Part shown: positions 1 through 10,604 of the stretch, piece after piece | Layout of the letters: every line of letters begins with the position of its first letter | Numbering within the stretch: the stretch's first letter is position 1 | IMG/VR virus record: IMGVR_UViG_3300030107_006644 | Location: 124,001 to 188,000 of that record | Direction: 5' to 3' (one strand) | Length of the DNA stretch: 64,000 bases | Made by a program: the position numbers and the translations under genes | Notes under the pieces: generated by a model | Database searches by the model: none | Seen by the model: only the letters and a program-made list of their open reading frames with translations | Told to the model about the DNA's origin: nothing

Positions 1-2
1 AC

Positions 3-653
3 AGTTGCCTTTCGGGGGTTCCGCTATCGGATCTGAATTCCTTTAAAGAAATGATATATGAAAAGGTGCAAGACACTCCGGGCCGACTAATTATTAAAGA
101 GTATCCAACAAAGTCTGCGTCAGCTAAGACGTTAGGGGCTCATTTAGAGAAGCTAAAACAGCGCGGCGTAGAGGTGGATATGATAATTGTTGACTACGGG
201 GACTTGCTGAGACCCAGTACCGCACATAGAGAAAGGAGGCATGACTTGCAGTCAATTTATGAAGAGTTAAGAGCTATTGCACAAGAGGTTCGCGCTCCGG
301 TCTGGACCGCTTCACAAACCAATCGCTCTGGACTTAACGCAGAAGTTATCACGATGGAATCGATTAGCGAAGCTTTCAGCAAGTGTTTTGTTGCTGATTT
401 TATCTTTTCGCTATCCAGAACAATCGAGGATAGAAACAGCAATGTAGGCAGAGTGTTCGTTGCAAAGAATAGATTTGGACCAGATGGGATAATCTATCCA
501 ATTTATATGGATACTTCGCGCGTAAAGATAAAGGTGTATCCGAGCAACGGAGATACGCCCGGGGATGTGATGGCGAAGAGCGCGAAAGAACAGTCAGAAC
601 TTCTCAAAGAGAAGTACAAAAAATTTAGAAAGGAAGAAAACGGGAGCAAATGA
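3..653 (+). CDS. dnaB: DnaB/T4 gp41-family replicative helicase, C-terminal part (5' truncated by window edge)
   Basis: Motifs IIKEYPT, MIIVDYGDLL (Walker B), PVWTASQTNRSG, ADFIFSL, KNRFG; frame is open from base 3. Confidence 0.88.
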   Translation, partial: SCLSGVPLSDLNSFKEMIYEKVQDTPGRLIIKEYPTKSASAKTLGAHLEKLKQRGVEVDMIIVDYGDLLRPSTAHRERRHDLQSIYEELRAIAQEVRAPVWTASQTNRSGLNAEVITMESISEAFSKCFVADFIFSLSRTIEDRNSNVGRVFVAKNRFGPDGIIYPIYMDTSRVKIKVYPSNGDTPGDVMAKSAKEQSELLKEKYKKFRKEENGSK

Positions 654-656
654 TTA

Positions 657-3089
657 ATGTATGACAAGCAGACTGTGATCGATAAGACACTGGAGTATTT
701 TAATGGCGACGAATTAGCGACTAACGTGTGGACTACGAAGTACGCACTAAAAGATAAGGACGGCAACTACTTAGAGCAGAGCCCTGATGATATGCACCGA
801 CGCATGGCTAAGGAATTTGCCCGGATAGAGGCAAAGTTTAACAGCGAGCGCGCACTTTCAGAAGAGGCAGTTTATGAATATTTGAAAGGGTTTAAGTATA
901 TCGTTCCCCAAGGTTCGCCCATGATGGGCATAGGAAATAATCATGTTAACGTATCCTTATCAAATTGTGTCGTGGTGGATGCCCCAAGAGACAATATCTC
1001 AGATATCATTAACGCCGGAAGAGATCTTGCTAATTTATTTAAGCGGCGTTGTGGCGTCGGTGTTGATATCAGCAATCTACGCCCTGAAGGAACAGTAGTC
1101 AACAACTCAGCCGGCACCACCACTGGAGCGTGGTCTTTCGCAGATTTTTACTCGTATGTCTGTCGAATGATAGGCCAGAATGGTCGCCGTGGAGCCCTGA
1201 TGATCACAATGGATATTCGGCATCCCGATGTTGAAAAGTTTGTAAGCATGAAGCATGATCTCACAAAGGTGACCGGCGCAAACGTCTCGGTTAAGATCAG
1301 TGACAGCTTCATGGAGGCTGTAGAGAAGAATCAGAAATTCACCTTGCAGTTCCCGGTCGACTCAGATACTCCAACTTATACGTCCGAAATTGACGCAAAA
1401 GAACTATGGAATACTATTGTCGAATCTGCTACAAAGACAGCTGAACCCGGCTTGTTGATGTGGGATAATATCGTCAACACTCTACCGGCAGAATGCTATG
1501 CCGATGATGGCTTTAAGACCGTTACCACTAATCCGTGTGGGGAGATTCCTCTTTCCGCAAATGATTCATGCAGGCTGATTTCTGTAAATCTAAAAACTTT
1601 TGTAGAGCAGAAGTTTCAAAAAACTGCATCCTTTAATTTTTCTAAGTTTTCGGAAGTCGCAGCTATGGCAATGAGGCTTTCCGATGATCTTGTTGAATTG
1701 GAGTTGGAAAAGTTAGATAATATTCTTGAGGTTTGCGATACTGATGACGAAAAGGTGCTCTGGAACAAGCTCAGAAAAGCCTGCTCTGATGGCCGCAGAA
1801 CTGGTCTCGGTACTCACGGTCTGGCAGATGCAATAGCGTGTCTGGGGCTCAAATATGACTCCAAGAAGGCCATCACAGTCATAGAGCAGATATATGAAAC
1901 ATTGCGCAACGCAGCCTATATGGAGAGTGCACGCCTCGCCGAAGAGCGCGGCGCTTTCGAAGTGTTCGATTGGGAGAAGGAAAAGGACAACGAGTATATA
2001 AAGTCGCTTCCCAAAAATATTCAAATGCTGATCAGTCAAGTTGGTCGTCGCAACATCTCGATCCTAACAAATGCCCCCACAGGCAGCGTGTCAATCTTAT
2101 CTCAGACCAGTTCGGGCCTTGAGCCGGTTTTTCGAAACAAGTATACTCGCCGAAGAAAGATAGATCGCAGCGACGAAGAGTCGGCAGACTTTGTAGACGC
2201 ACTGGGTGATCGTTGGCAAGAGTTTGAGGTCTTTCACCACAATGTCAAAGAATGGCTGGATTTACAAAAGAATCCAAACCGTGCCATTCCAAGCTTTTTC
2301 GTAGAAAGCGATCAGATTGACTGGACCAAGCGTATCGACATTCAGGCCGCCATTCAAAAAAGTATCGACCACTCGATTAGCTCAACTATTAACTTACCTA
2401 AAGATACTGACCCCTCTGTTGTGGCAGATCTTTATTTTAGGGGCTGGAAGCGCGGCCTAAAGGGTGTCACCGTATACGTTGATGGATCAAGGACAGGCGT
2501 ACTTGTCACAAAAGATGAGGAAGTGGAGGTTGTCGACGGCTTCCCGCAGAATCGAGCACCGAAGAGACTAAAGGAATTGGCGTGCGACATACATCAAACC
2601 ACAATTAAAGGTGAGAAGTGGACGATTTTGGTTGGACTACTGAACGATAGGCCTTACGAGGTAATGGGAGGTCTATCTACATTTGTAGAAATCCCCAAGA
2701 AGTACACCAACGGCACGCTTATTAAACATCCTAGAAAAACTATGAACTCTAAGTATGACTTGAAGTTCGGAGAGAATGGCGACGAGATCGTAATAAAAGA
2801 TCTAGTCAAGGTTTTTGACAATCCAAACAACTCTGCTTTTACGAGACTCATATCTTTGTCTCTTCGTCATGGCGCGCCAATTCAATATGTGGTGGAGCAA
2901 ATGCAGAAGGATCGAGATAGTGACATGTTCTCATTCGCGCGCTGTGTGGCGCGGGTCTTAAAATACTACATTAAGGACGGCACACAGGCTAGTGATAAAG
3001 CGTGCCCATCCTGCAATTCTGAAAGTGGCCTCATTTATGTAGAGGGTTGCTTAACTTGCAAAGACTGCGGCTATGCTAAGTGCGGTTAA
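657..3089 (+). CDS. nrdJ: Class II (adenosylcobalamin-dependent) ribonucleotide reductase with C-terminal TSCPD-like domain and zinc ribbon
   Basis: SLSNCVV, GQNGRRGALM, TTNPCGEIPL (catalytic NPCGE), NAPTGSVS, SISSTINLP, KGVTVYVDGSR; C-terminal CPSC...CKDCGYAKC; no NrdB next to it. Confidence 0.92.
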   Translation: MYDKQTVIDKTLEYFNGDELATNVWTTKYALKDKDGNYLEQSPDDMHRRMAKEFARIEAKFNSERALSEEAVYEYLKGFKYIVPQGSPMMGIGNNHVNVSLSNCVVVDAPRDNISDIINAGRDLANLFKRRCGVGVDISNLRPEGTVVNNSAGTTTGAWSFADFYSYVCRMIGQNGRRGALMITMDIRHPDVEKFVSMKHDLTKVTGANVSVKISDSFMEAVEKNQKFTLQFPVDSDTPTYTSEIDAKELWNTIVESATKTAEPGLLMWDNIVNTLPAECYADDGFKTVTTNPCGEIPLSANDSCRLISVNLKTFVEQKFQKTASFNFSKFSEVAAMAMRLSDDLVELELEKLDNILEVCDTDDEKVLWNKLRKACSDGRRTGLGTHGLADAIACLGLKYDSKKAITVIEQIYETLRNAAYMESARLAEERGAFEVFDWEKEKDNEYIKSLPKNIQMLISQVGRRNISILTNAPTGSVSILSQTSSGLEPVFRNKYTRRRKIDRSDEESADFVDALGDRWQEFEVFHHNVKEWLDLQKNPNRAIPSFFVESDQIDWTKRIDIQAAIQKSIDHSISSTINLPKDTDPSVVADLYFRGWKRGLKGVTVYVDGSRTGVLVTKDEEVEVVDGFPQNRAPKRLKELACDIHQTTIKGEKWTILVGLLNDRPYEVMGGLSTFVEIPKKYTNGTLIKHPRKTMNSKYDLKFGENGDEIVIKDLVKVFDNPNNSAFTRLISLSLRHGAPIQYVVEQMQKDRDSDMFSFARCVARVLKYYIKDGTQASDKACPSCNSESGLIYVEGCLTCKDCGYAKCG

Positions 3090-3100
3090 TGTAAATTTGC

Positions 3101-3129
3101 TTGACAAGCAGTAGAAATGTGGTTATAAT
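3101..3129 (+). promoter_or_regulatory. Sigma70-type promoter
   Basis: TTGACA(3101)-17 bp-TATAAT(3124); GGAGG SD precedes ATG 3158. Confidence 0.8.
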
Positions 3130-3157
3130 ATAAGTGGTATAATCTTGGAGGTGTACC

Positions 3158-3403
3158 ATGGCTGCAGATTTTGAACATTTAATGCCAAAAAGCACGCAGA
3201 AAACAAAGTGTCCAACAGGAAGAAAGCATCGCTGGACCCCATCTGGAACGATAGAAGCTAAAATTGGCGATAACATAAGAGTTGACTTTTATTGCAAGCT
3301 GTGCGAAAGGCGAGAAACCGTATTCTTGTCAAGCACTCAGTATCATTTGCATGAAGCTCTTCTCAGAAAGAACATCGAGAGGGAGCGGAGTGTCGGACGC
3401 TAA
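3158..3403 (+). CDS. Small hypothetical protein, possibly Zn-binding
   Basis: Strong SD; C..H and CKLC motifs. Confidence 0.6.
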   Translation: MAADFEHLMPKSTQKTKCPTGRKHRWTPSGTIEAKIGDNIRVDFYCKLCERRETVFLSSTQYHLHEALLRKNIERERSVGR

Positions 3404-4241
3404 GAAAAATGTTGTTTTAATCTTTTCTGGACCATGCAAACACAAATGGCATCCGGACTATGATTACTACACTTCTTTAAAGACCCACATCATAGAGCCT
3501 CTTTTGAAACGATTTGGCGTTTACATATTCATTGGCTGCGCGGAACACGAAAAAAGAGATTGGCAAAATGAACTGATATATCGCTTGTCGCCGCCGGGCC
3601 TCTCAGGCGCCGGCGCACAGATCGTATCTAAAATATTTGTTATAGAGCCGGTGCCTGAAGACGAAGACTGTCGCTTTAACGCTGAACTGACAAGGCACCC
3701 CGACAGGCTTAAATATTCGCAACAGTATGGCAAGCTCTACCAAACAGCACGCAAGGCGTTTGACTGCTTGGAGCAGCAATCGGCTGATTTTCATTACGTC
3801 ATAAAGTTGAGATTTGATCTTATATACAACTCGCTCGATTATTTTGATCCCAATTGGCTCACAGCCTTACCAGACTATACACATGTATTGCTGGCTCCTT
3901 CTACCGAGTTTCACTGTCTGGATAGATGGAAAGAACGTTCTCCATCGATGTGGCCAGATGGCATGTGTGAGCAGATTGTAGCAGGCAATAAGCGTAATAT
4001 GAAGATATATTTCGATCTCTATAAGAGTAGAGAAGTTTTCAGAAGCGACATAAAGGTTAGAAGCCAGAGCGCCGGCATTGAAAGTATCGTAGCAGATCAT
4101 CTTTTGTTAAACGGCCTAACATGTAAAACGTTCGACTTGCAGTTTTCGCAACCCGGCGGCAAACATATTCTTGGCTATCCGGATCCTTTGGATCCGACTA
4201 AGCATTTATGGTTGCCGCAAAGAGAAAATAAAATTAGATAA
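3390..4241 (+). CDS. Hypothetical protein, weakly glycosyltransferase-like
   Basis: VVLIFSG at N-terminus and YVIKLRFDL motif resemble GT-like viral proteins; GTG start inferred from overlap with upstream stop. Confidence 0.45.
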   Translation: MSDAKKNVVLIFSGPCKHKWHPDYDYYTSLKTHIIEPLLKRFGVYIFIGCAEHEKRDWQNELIYRLSPPGLSGAGAQIVSKIFVIEPVPEDEDCRFNAELTRHPDRLKYSQQYGKLYQTARKAFDCLEQQSADFHYVIKLRFDLIYNSLDYFDPNWLTALPDYTHVLLAPSTEFHCLDRWKERSPSMWPDGMCEQIVAGNKRNMKIYFDLYKSREVFRSDIKVRSQSAGIESIVADHLLLNGLTCKTFDLQFSQPGGKHILGYPDPLDPTKHLWLPQRENKIR

Positions 4242-4254
4242 TATAGGAGAAAAT

Positions 4255-4545
4255 ATGACAATTACACCAGTTAATAGGCACCTAATAGTTGGGCCTTGTG
4301 GGCAAGAGTCAAAGAAAGAAGATATTAGCATACTACTGCCTGATGACTACAAACCGAGTGAATCACAATTTGCAACAGTTCAAGTTATAGCTTGGGCGGA
4401 TAATGTTTCTTTGCCCCTTGCCTCGGGCGATGCGGCGGTAGTTAATCGCGCAATGATTCAAGAGGTGGAATGTTGTGGCGAAACATATCAGTTGATTTTG
4501 GAAAACTATGTATTAGCAATCGTCAAGGATAGAGCATCTGAGTGA
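4255..4545 (+). CDS. groES: GroES-like co-chaperonin
   Basis: ITPVNRHLIV, ILLPD loop, VQVIA, GDAAVV, C-terminal YQLILENYVLAIV; ~96 aa; AGGAGA SD. Confidence 0.7.
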   Translation: MTITPVNRHLIVGPCGQESKKEDISILLPDDYKPSESQFATVQVIAWADNVSLPLASGDAAVVNRAMIQEVECCGETYQLILENYVLAIVKDRASE

Positions 4546-5351
4546 AGGGGCATGTTTATGAAATGGGCGAAGTTGTGATTGGCGGCACCATGAGCGCAGC
4601 CATGCATTCCTACGTTAACAACTTGCCTTTGTTTTTTGCCAAGCATAGGCCACCATTTAGATTTGAATTGTACGAGGATGGAACGCCAAAGGCAGAAGCA
4701 TTTAGGCGCCTGATGTTTGTGTTGTCGCTCAAGGGACTTAACATGGCTTCAGATAACATATCATCCATGAGGTTTTCGGATGATGTGCTTAAGTTAACTA
4801 CTAAAAACTCAGCCCTGATCCGGGTCGCATTCTCGCGAGCCACCATTTTCGATGAGGCGGAATTGCACAATATAGATCCTCCAGCGCACGAAACTAAAGC
4901 GAAGTTTAAGGTTTACGACTGGTTTAGCGTCCGAAAAGGAATGGTGCACGAACATGATAAGATCGACACTGATTCAGATTTCGTTCAGCGTGTACATTTC
5001 TATCCGTCTGATCGGATCGACGGCAAACATGATAAAAAGGATTTGGTGGCCGTGTCTACGATGACAGAGGAGCAGTTGCACGATATCGATTATTCAGATA
5101 TCTATGTGAAGTTTAAGGTTGCGGATTTGATGAAGTCTGCTGGTATCCACGGCCCGCGTAACGGAGTGTGCGCTTCTACGGGTAGGCAAAAATACCACTC
5201 TATTGTTATAGAGCACGACCGTCGAGATTCCTCGCGCCTTGCGCGCCCCAAGCGACAAGACACTGAGTTTTTAACATACAACTATACAAATTATCAAGAT
5301 GATGAAGAGTTATGGAGCCAAATAAGCAAAAGCCTGCCTCATTTCACCTAG
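4542..5351 (+). CDS. Hypothetical protein with degenerate Rossmann-like N-terminus
   Basis: EVVIGGTMSAAMHS resembles a GxG dinucleotide-binding start; coupled to both neighbours. Confidence 0.45.
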   Translation: MKGHVYEMGEVVIGGTMSAAMHSYVNNLPLFFAKHRPPFRFELYEDGTPKAEAFRRLMFVLSLKGLNMASDNISSMRFSDDVLKLTTKNSALIRVAFSRATIFDEAELHNIDPPAHETKAKFKVYDWFSVRKGMVHEHDKIDTDSDFVQRVHFYPSDRIDGKHDKKDLVAVSTMTEEQLHDIDYSDIYVKFKVADLMKSAGIHGPRNGVCASTGRQKYHSIVIEHDRRDSSRLARPKRQDTEFLTYNYTNYQDDEELWSQISKSLPHFT

Positions 5352-6199
5352 CGGGGATTATTCCAGTGGCGGGACAGGAGTTGGATTTCTCTATGCCTTG
5401 GCATGACTGTATGCAGCCTCTTGCTCCGGGCTACCTAGCGATACATCATGCCGTTATGGAGTGCGCGTGGGCCGGATGCGAGACTATATGGATAACCTGC
5501 CATATAGATATGCAGCCGTTAATCCGTCATGAGATTGGCGATTACGTATATGATCCGGTGTGGTACGGAAGACACTCCGAACCGCGCCCATCAGAGGTTA
5601 GAAAAACTATTCCAATATACTATGTGCCAATACATCCGAACGATAGAGACAAGCGCGACTGCTTGGGCTGGAGCGTTCTATATGGAGCAAACGTGGCATA
5701 TTGGACTAGCAAGCAGATGAGCCGCTGGCTAACACCCAACAAGTACTATGCAGCGTTTCCATATGGTATATATGATAACGAGTTATTGCGCCAAAATCGA
5801 AAAACCATTTCATCCAGCAAGAGATTTTACTTGACATACGAAGGTCAGAACGTGTCCGACAACAACTATCTTGGTTTTACATTTGATGCGGAGGACTTTA
5901 AAAGGTTCCGCGCTCATTTGCGCGCCAACGCTACTGGCATCAAAGCCGGCTCGATAGACAAGACTTTGCCCATAGAAAAAAGATGGTCCGCAAGGCATTT
6001 TCCACTTGACAAAGTGTTTGAACTTGCTATAATAGATAATGACACAGCGCTACAAGAACTGCCATGGTACTACGATATTGGAACATGGGATGGCTACTGT
6101 GATTTCATAGCTTCAGATGAAAGAGACGAAGTGAAGAGACCATTTAAGAAGATTTTAGAATACCACGAATTTAATCCAATTGGAGTTGACAATGAATAA
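5312..6199 (+). CDS. Sugar-phosphate nucleotidyltransferase-fold protein
   Basis: LAGIIPVAG, MQPLA, ECAWAGCETIWI, C-terminal WYYDIGTWDGY. Confidence 0.65.
   Translation: MEPNKQKPASFHLAGIIPVAGQELDFSMPWHDCMQPLAPGYLAIHHAVMECAWAGCETIWITCHIDMQPLIRHEIGDYVYDPVWYGRHSEPRPSEVRKTIPIYYVPIHPNDRDKRDCLGWSVLYGANVAYWTSKQMSRWLTPNKYYAAFPYGIYDNELLRQNRKTISSSKRFYLTYEGQNVSDNNYLGFTFDAEDFKRFRAHLRANATGIKAGSIDKTLPIEKRWSARHFPLDKVFELAIIDNDTALQELPWYYDIGTWDGYCDFIASDERDEVKRPFKKILEYHEFNPIGVDNE
6006..6033 (+). promoter_or_regulatory. Internal sigma70-type promoter upstream of dnaE
   Basis: TTGACA(6006)-16 bp-TATAAT(6028) with extended TGn. Confidence 0.55.
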
Positions 6200-9100
6200 C
6201 AAAAGAACAGCATCGAAAATCAAATTTGTGGGGCTCCACGCTCATTCAGTAGCGGGCTCCATTTTCGACGCTTTAGGATATCCAGCCGATCATATGGACT
6301 TCGCCTATGAGAATGGCAACGATGCCCTAGCATTGACAGACCACGGCAACATGAACGGCTTGGCGTATCAAGTGCTACATGCCAAGAAGATGCAGGCTGA
6401 AGGAAAAGACTTCAAGCCAATTTACGGAGTGGAGGCGTACTTCATCCCTTCTCATGAAAAATGGCGTGAAGAATACGAAAAGGCAATGGAAGATAAGAAG
6501 CGCGCCCGGTCCATCGCAAAGGATTCAGCTTCCGGCGCGACGGTTGAAGACGAGGGAGCCAGCAAGAGATCTCAAGATATCCTTAAGGCCCGCCGCCATC
6601 TTGTCCTTTTGGCACAAAACGAAGTAGGTCTTAAGAATCTGTTCAAGCTTATTTCTGATAGTTACAGGTCCGAGAACTTTTATCGGTATCCGAGAGTTGA
6701 CTATGCCATGCTCAAGGAGCATAACGAGGGCATCATTGCCTCTTCGGCATGCTTGGGCGGCGTCTATGCAGGCAACTACTGGTCGGCGAGCACTTACGAT
6801 GAGGAGGGCAATCGCACAGGCTATGATGAGGAAATCGCCCTTGAGGCCATGCGCGAGACAACTCGCAACATGGTCGAGATCTTTGGAGATCGCTGGTACG
6901 CCGAAGTGCAGTGGAACAACATTCCACAACAGCATGAACTGAACCAACTTATCATTAAGGTCGCTGAGGAATTTGGAGTCGAACTTGTCTCTACTGCCGA
7001 CAGCCACTATCCGAATCCGACAGCGTGGAAGGACCGTGAACTTTACACGCGCTTGGGCTGGCTAGGCAAAGGAGGTTTGCCAGAATACATGTCGTCAGAC
7101 CTGCCAGATGGTGTGGAAGAGGTAGGGTATGAATTGTATCCGAAGAACGGAGACCAGATGTGGGCTTCCTACAAAAAGTACTCAGCCGAATGTGGGCATG
7201 AATACGATGATGATGCAGTCTTGCGCTCGATTACCAACACTCACCACATCGCGCACGAAAGAGTCGACTCTTTCTTCCCAGACAATACGGTCAGACTACC
7301 GGAGTTCGTTGTTCCTGCCGGCTTGACGGCCACACAGACCCTCGTTAAGCTGTCCATGGATGGTTTGGGTACCTTGGGGTTCGGAGACAACGAGGAGTAT
7401 ATAGAGCGCCTTAAGAGCGAATTAAAGGTTATTGATGATCGCGGGTTCTCCAAGTATTTCTTGACTATGAAGGCGGTATCCGACAAGGCCACTGATAGCA
7501 TGCTGGCCGGCCCCGGCAGAGGCTCAGCCGCCGGCTCGCTTGTGGCATATGCGCTCGGAGTTACACAGGTTGACCCGATTAAATACGGGCTTCTGTTTTC
7601 TAGGTTCTTGCGTTCGGATGCCACCGACTATCCCGATATTGATTACGATGTTGCGGATCCGATGGAGCTTAAAGAAAGGCTCATCGGAGAATGGGGAGAC
7701 GATACTGTTGTCCCTATTTCAAATTGGAACACACTGCAGCTTCGTTCTTTGGTCAAGGACATTTCCAAGTTTTACGAGATTCCCTTCCCAGAGGTAAACG
7801 CCGTTACCGGCAAGATGATTTGGGAAGCAACACCTGCAGCCAAGCAAAAGCACGGCATCAAAGCCGGCGTTTATGTGCCGACGTTTGAAGAGGTGAAAGA
7901 GTTCAGCCCATCTTTGCAGGCATTCTTGACCAAGTATCCGATGGTTGCTAACCATATCGATGTGCTTTACGGTCAGGTTCGCTCTTGTTCGCGTCATGCT
8001 GGAGGAGTTGTGATTGGGGAAAATCTCGATCACTATATGCCGCTCATCAACTCTGGTGGCGTGCGACAAACTCCTTGGAGCGAGGGTCAAAACGTGAGAC
8101 ATCTGGAGCCCATGGGGTTCATCAAGTTTGATATCTTGGGCTTGGCATCCTTAAGGATGATTGATGGAGCCATCCGGCACATCCTTCAGCGACACCAAGG
8201 TATTGAGCAGCCAACCTATGAAGACGTGAAGGCGTTCTATGATGGGAAGCTCCACCCAGATGTGCTAGACTTTGAAGACCAAGAAGTATATGAAAGTGTT
8301 TTCCACGCAGGCAAGTGGGCTGGAATCTTTCAGTTTACCGAGAAGGGAGCGCAGGAGTTTTGCACAAGGGCTAAGCCAACAAGTATTATTGATCTGTCTG
8401 CCATTACATCAATCTATCGTCCCGGCCCGCTTAGCGCCGACGTGGATGACAAGTATGTCGAGGCCAAGAACAGCCCTCAGTATATCAAGTACTTGCACCC
8501 TATTGTGCAGGAGGTTACGGAAGACACTTATGGATTCCTGATCTTCCAAGAGCAGATTGCAATCTTGGCGCATCGACTGGGGGAGGACTTGACTCTTGAC
8601 GAGGGCAACAAGCTTCGCAAGCTTCTGACCAAGAAGGGTACCGGAAAGGGTGCAACAGAAAAGAAGGTCATCTATGATAAGTTCATGAAGGGCTGCCTAA
8701 AGAAGAAGATTCACAGAGTGGATGCGCAAAACCTGTGGGATACATTTGAGTATTTTTCCGGTTATGGATTCAACAAGTCGCACGCTGTATCTTACAGTAT
8801 TCTTAGCTATCAGTGTGCGTGGCTTTGCCACTACTATACTCCGGAGTGGATCGCCTCGTTCTTAGATAAGGAGCCCGAGAAGAGAAAAGAGAAAGCCATC
8901 AACATCGCAAAGAGTTCAGGCTTTGCAATTCGCTCTTTGGATGTCAATACCTCTGGCCGCGTTTGGGAAATTAGCGAAGATGGTAACACGCTTGTTCAGC
9001 CGCTGACATCAATTAAAGGTTTGGGAGATACAGCGATTCAACAAATCGTTACAAATCGACCGTTCCAAACTGTGGAGGACTTCCTGTTTAATGAATCCAT

Positions 9101-9659
9101 CGTATACAGCAAGTTGAATAAGAAAGCTTTGGATGTCTTGATTCGAAGCGGCGCCATGGACACACTGATAGATGAGAGGTTCACCGGAGCAAAGCATTTC
9201 TGGTCAGCAGTTGCGGTTGATCGCCCTCGCAAGCCCAAGAACTTGCAGGAGAATATCGAGACTTATGCTCCCGAAGGAGACTTCTCGGAAGAGGACAAGA
9301 TCCAGTATCTCGTTGAGCTAACCGGCGTGTTCCCATTCAATCTGGTTATCGACGACAAGATTCGCCAGCGTTTGGAGAGTAAATTCATTCCGCCGATATC
9401 TGATTTCGATCCAGATCTACAACTGGCTTGGTTTATTCCCAGAAAGGTTACTCCTCGCAAAACCAAGAACGGCAAAGACTATTGGGTTGTCGAGGTCATC
9501 GATGATTCAAACAATTCGACAGTAATTCGATGTTGGGGTGTTCGACCAACACTCGATATGATACACATTAACAGGCCCTACATGGCTCGGCTAGATCATA
9601 ATGCCGAGTGGGGCTTTTCGACAAGATCTATTAGACATAATTTTAGGTTATTAGGATAA
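6192..9659 (+). CDS. dnaE: DNA polymerase III alpha subunit (family C) with PHP domain
   Basis: PHP motifs LHAHS, LTDHG, GVEAY, SACLGG, TADSHY; GPGRGSAAGSLVAY; catalytic PDIDYD and KFDILGL; YGFNKSHAVSY; no intein. Confidence 0.97.
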   Translation: MNNKRTASKIKFVGLHAHSVAGSIFDALGYPADHMDFAYENGNDALALTDHGNMNGLAYQVLHAKKMQAEGKDFKPIYGVEAYFIPSHEKWREEYEKAMEDKKRARSIAKDSASGATVEDEGASKRSQDILKARRHLVLLAQNEVGLKNLFKLISDSYRSENFYRYPRVDYAMLKEHNEGIIASSACLGGVYAGNYWSASTYDEEGNRTGYDEEIALEAMRETTRNMVEIFGDRWYAEVQWNNIPQQHELNQLIIKVAEEFGVELVSTADSHYPNPTAWKDRELYTRLGWLGKGGLPEYMSSDLPDGVEEVGYELYPKNGDQMWASYKKYSAECGHEYDDDAVLRSITNTHHIAHERVDSFFPDNTVRLPEFVVPAGLTATQTLVKLSMDGLGTLGFGDNEEYIERLKSELKVIDDRGFSKYFLTMKAVSDKATDSMLAGPGRGSAAGSLVAYALGVTQVDPIKYGLLFSRFLRSDATDYPDIDYDVADPMELKERLIGEWGDDTVVPISNWNTLQLRSLVKDISKFYEIPFPEVNAVTGKMIWEATPAAKQKHGIKAGVYVPTFEEVKEFSPSLQAFLTKYPMVANHIDVLYGQVRSCSRHAGGVVIGENLDHYMPLINSGGVRQTPWSEGQNVRHLEPMGFIKFDILGLASLRMIDGAIRHILQRHQGIEQPTYEDVKAFYDGKLHPDVLDFEDQEVYESVFHAGKWAGIFQFTEKGAQEFCTRAKPTSIIDLSAITSIYRPGPLSADVDDKYVEAKNSPQYIKYLHPIVQEVTEDTYGFLIFQEQIAILAHRLGEDLTLDEGNKLRKLLTKKGTGKGATEKKVIYDKFMKGCLKKKIHRVDAQNLWDTFEYFSGYGFNKSHAVSYSILSYQCAWLCHYYTPEWIASFLDKEPEKRKEKAINIAKSSGFAIRSLDVNTSGRVWEISEDGNTLVQPLTSIKGLGDTAIQQIVTNRPFQTVEDFLFNESIVYSKLNKKALDVLIRSGAMDTLIDERFTGAKHFWSAVAVDRPRKPKNLQENIETYAPEGDFSEEDKIQYLVELTGVFPFNLVIDDKIRQRLESKFIPPISDFDPDLQLAWFIPRKVTPRKTKNGKDYWVVEVIDDSNNSTVIRCWGVRPTLDMIHINRPYMARLDHNAEWGFSTRSIRHNFRLLG

Positions 9660-9669
9660 AGGAGGAAAT

Positions 9670-10134
9670 ATGCTATTAGAATATTACAGGGTGAGAGAGA
9701 GTGCTACTCCCCCGACTCGGGCCAATCCGAGTGATGCAGGGTTGGATATCCATTTCAGCCCAGAGGATCCGTGCACTGTTATGGCCACTATTGAGCCCGG
9801 CAGCAGCATGGTCTTGCCAACGGGGCTGAAGTTCGGAGTTCCCCACGGCTACATGCTGGAGGTAAAGAACCGTTCAGGTGTAGCCGCAAAGCGCGGCTTA
9901 TTGGTTGGAGCATGTGTGATTGATTCCGGGTACGACGGGGAGGTGTTTATTAACCTTCACAACGTAGGTTCGGAACCTCAATCGATTCTACCGGGCGCAA
10001 AGATTGCTCAAGTAGTTATGGTGCCGGTGGTACACTTTAGAGCCGTTGAGACTAGTCGGGATAATTTATATGATTGGTATCCCATTACAATCAGCGACCG
10101 AGGTGAGGGCGCATTGGGGAGCACTGGCGAATGA
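9670..10134 (+). CDS. dut: Trimeric dUTPase
   Basis: DAGLDI, KNRSG, VIDSGYDGE, KIAQ, RGEGALGSTG. Confidence 0.96.
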   Translation: MLLEYYRVRESATPPTRANPSDAGLDIHFSPEDPCTVMATIEPGSSMVLPTGLKFGVPHGYMLEVKNRSGVAAKRGLLVGACVIDSGYDGEVFINLHNVGSEPQSILPGAKIAQVVMVPVVHFRAVETSRDNLYDWYPITISDRGEGALGSTGE

Positions 10135-10604
10135 ACACAGCAACACAAAAGATAATGTTTTCTAGCAAAACTGGAGAATGGGCAACACCTCAAGATTTCT
10201 TCGACAAGCTTGATTGGCGTTTTGGTCCGTTTGACTTGGACCCCTGCGCCACTCCGTACAATACAAAGTGTGTTAATTTCTACACGGAAGCTGAAGATGG
10301 TCTGTCCAAAGACTGGTCAGGTCACACGGTATTTGTCAACCCTCCTTATGGCAGGGGTATTGACAAATGGATCCAAAAAGGTTATAATACTGCTAAAGAT
10401 GGAGTTTCTAAGGTGGTCATGTTGATTCCGGCCCGAACCGATACAAAGTATTGGCACGATTATGTGATGAATGCCTCAGAGGTTTACTTCATACGGGGAC
10501 GACTAAAATTCGGCAACAACAGCAATAGCGCGCCGTTTCCATCGGCAGTTGTGGTATTTGAAGAGAGTCGACTCCCGCAGAGATTTGGAGCGATGAACAG
10601 ATGA
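10131..10604 (+). CDS. Phage DNA N6-adenine methyltransferase (Dam-like)
   Basis: WATPQDFF, FDLDPCA, EDGL..DW, FVNPPY, VMLIPARTDT, RGRLKF, SAPFPS. Confidence 0.92.
   Translation: MNTATQKIMFSSKTGEWATPQDFFDKLDWRFGPFDLDPCATPYNTKCVNFYTEAEDGLSKDWSGHTVFVNPPYGRGIDKWIQKGYNTAKDGVSKVVMLIPARTDTKYWHDYVMNASEVYFIRGRLKFGNNSNSAPFPSAVVVFEESRLPQRFGAMNR

Noticed and set aside
657-9659. Inteins or introns in RNR or DnaE
   Set aside because: Lengths are normal and motifs are contiguous; no C...HN splice junctions or LAGLIDADG motifs seen.
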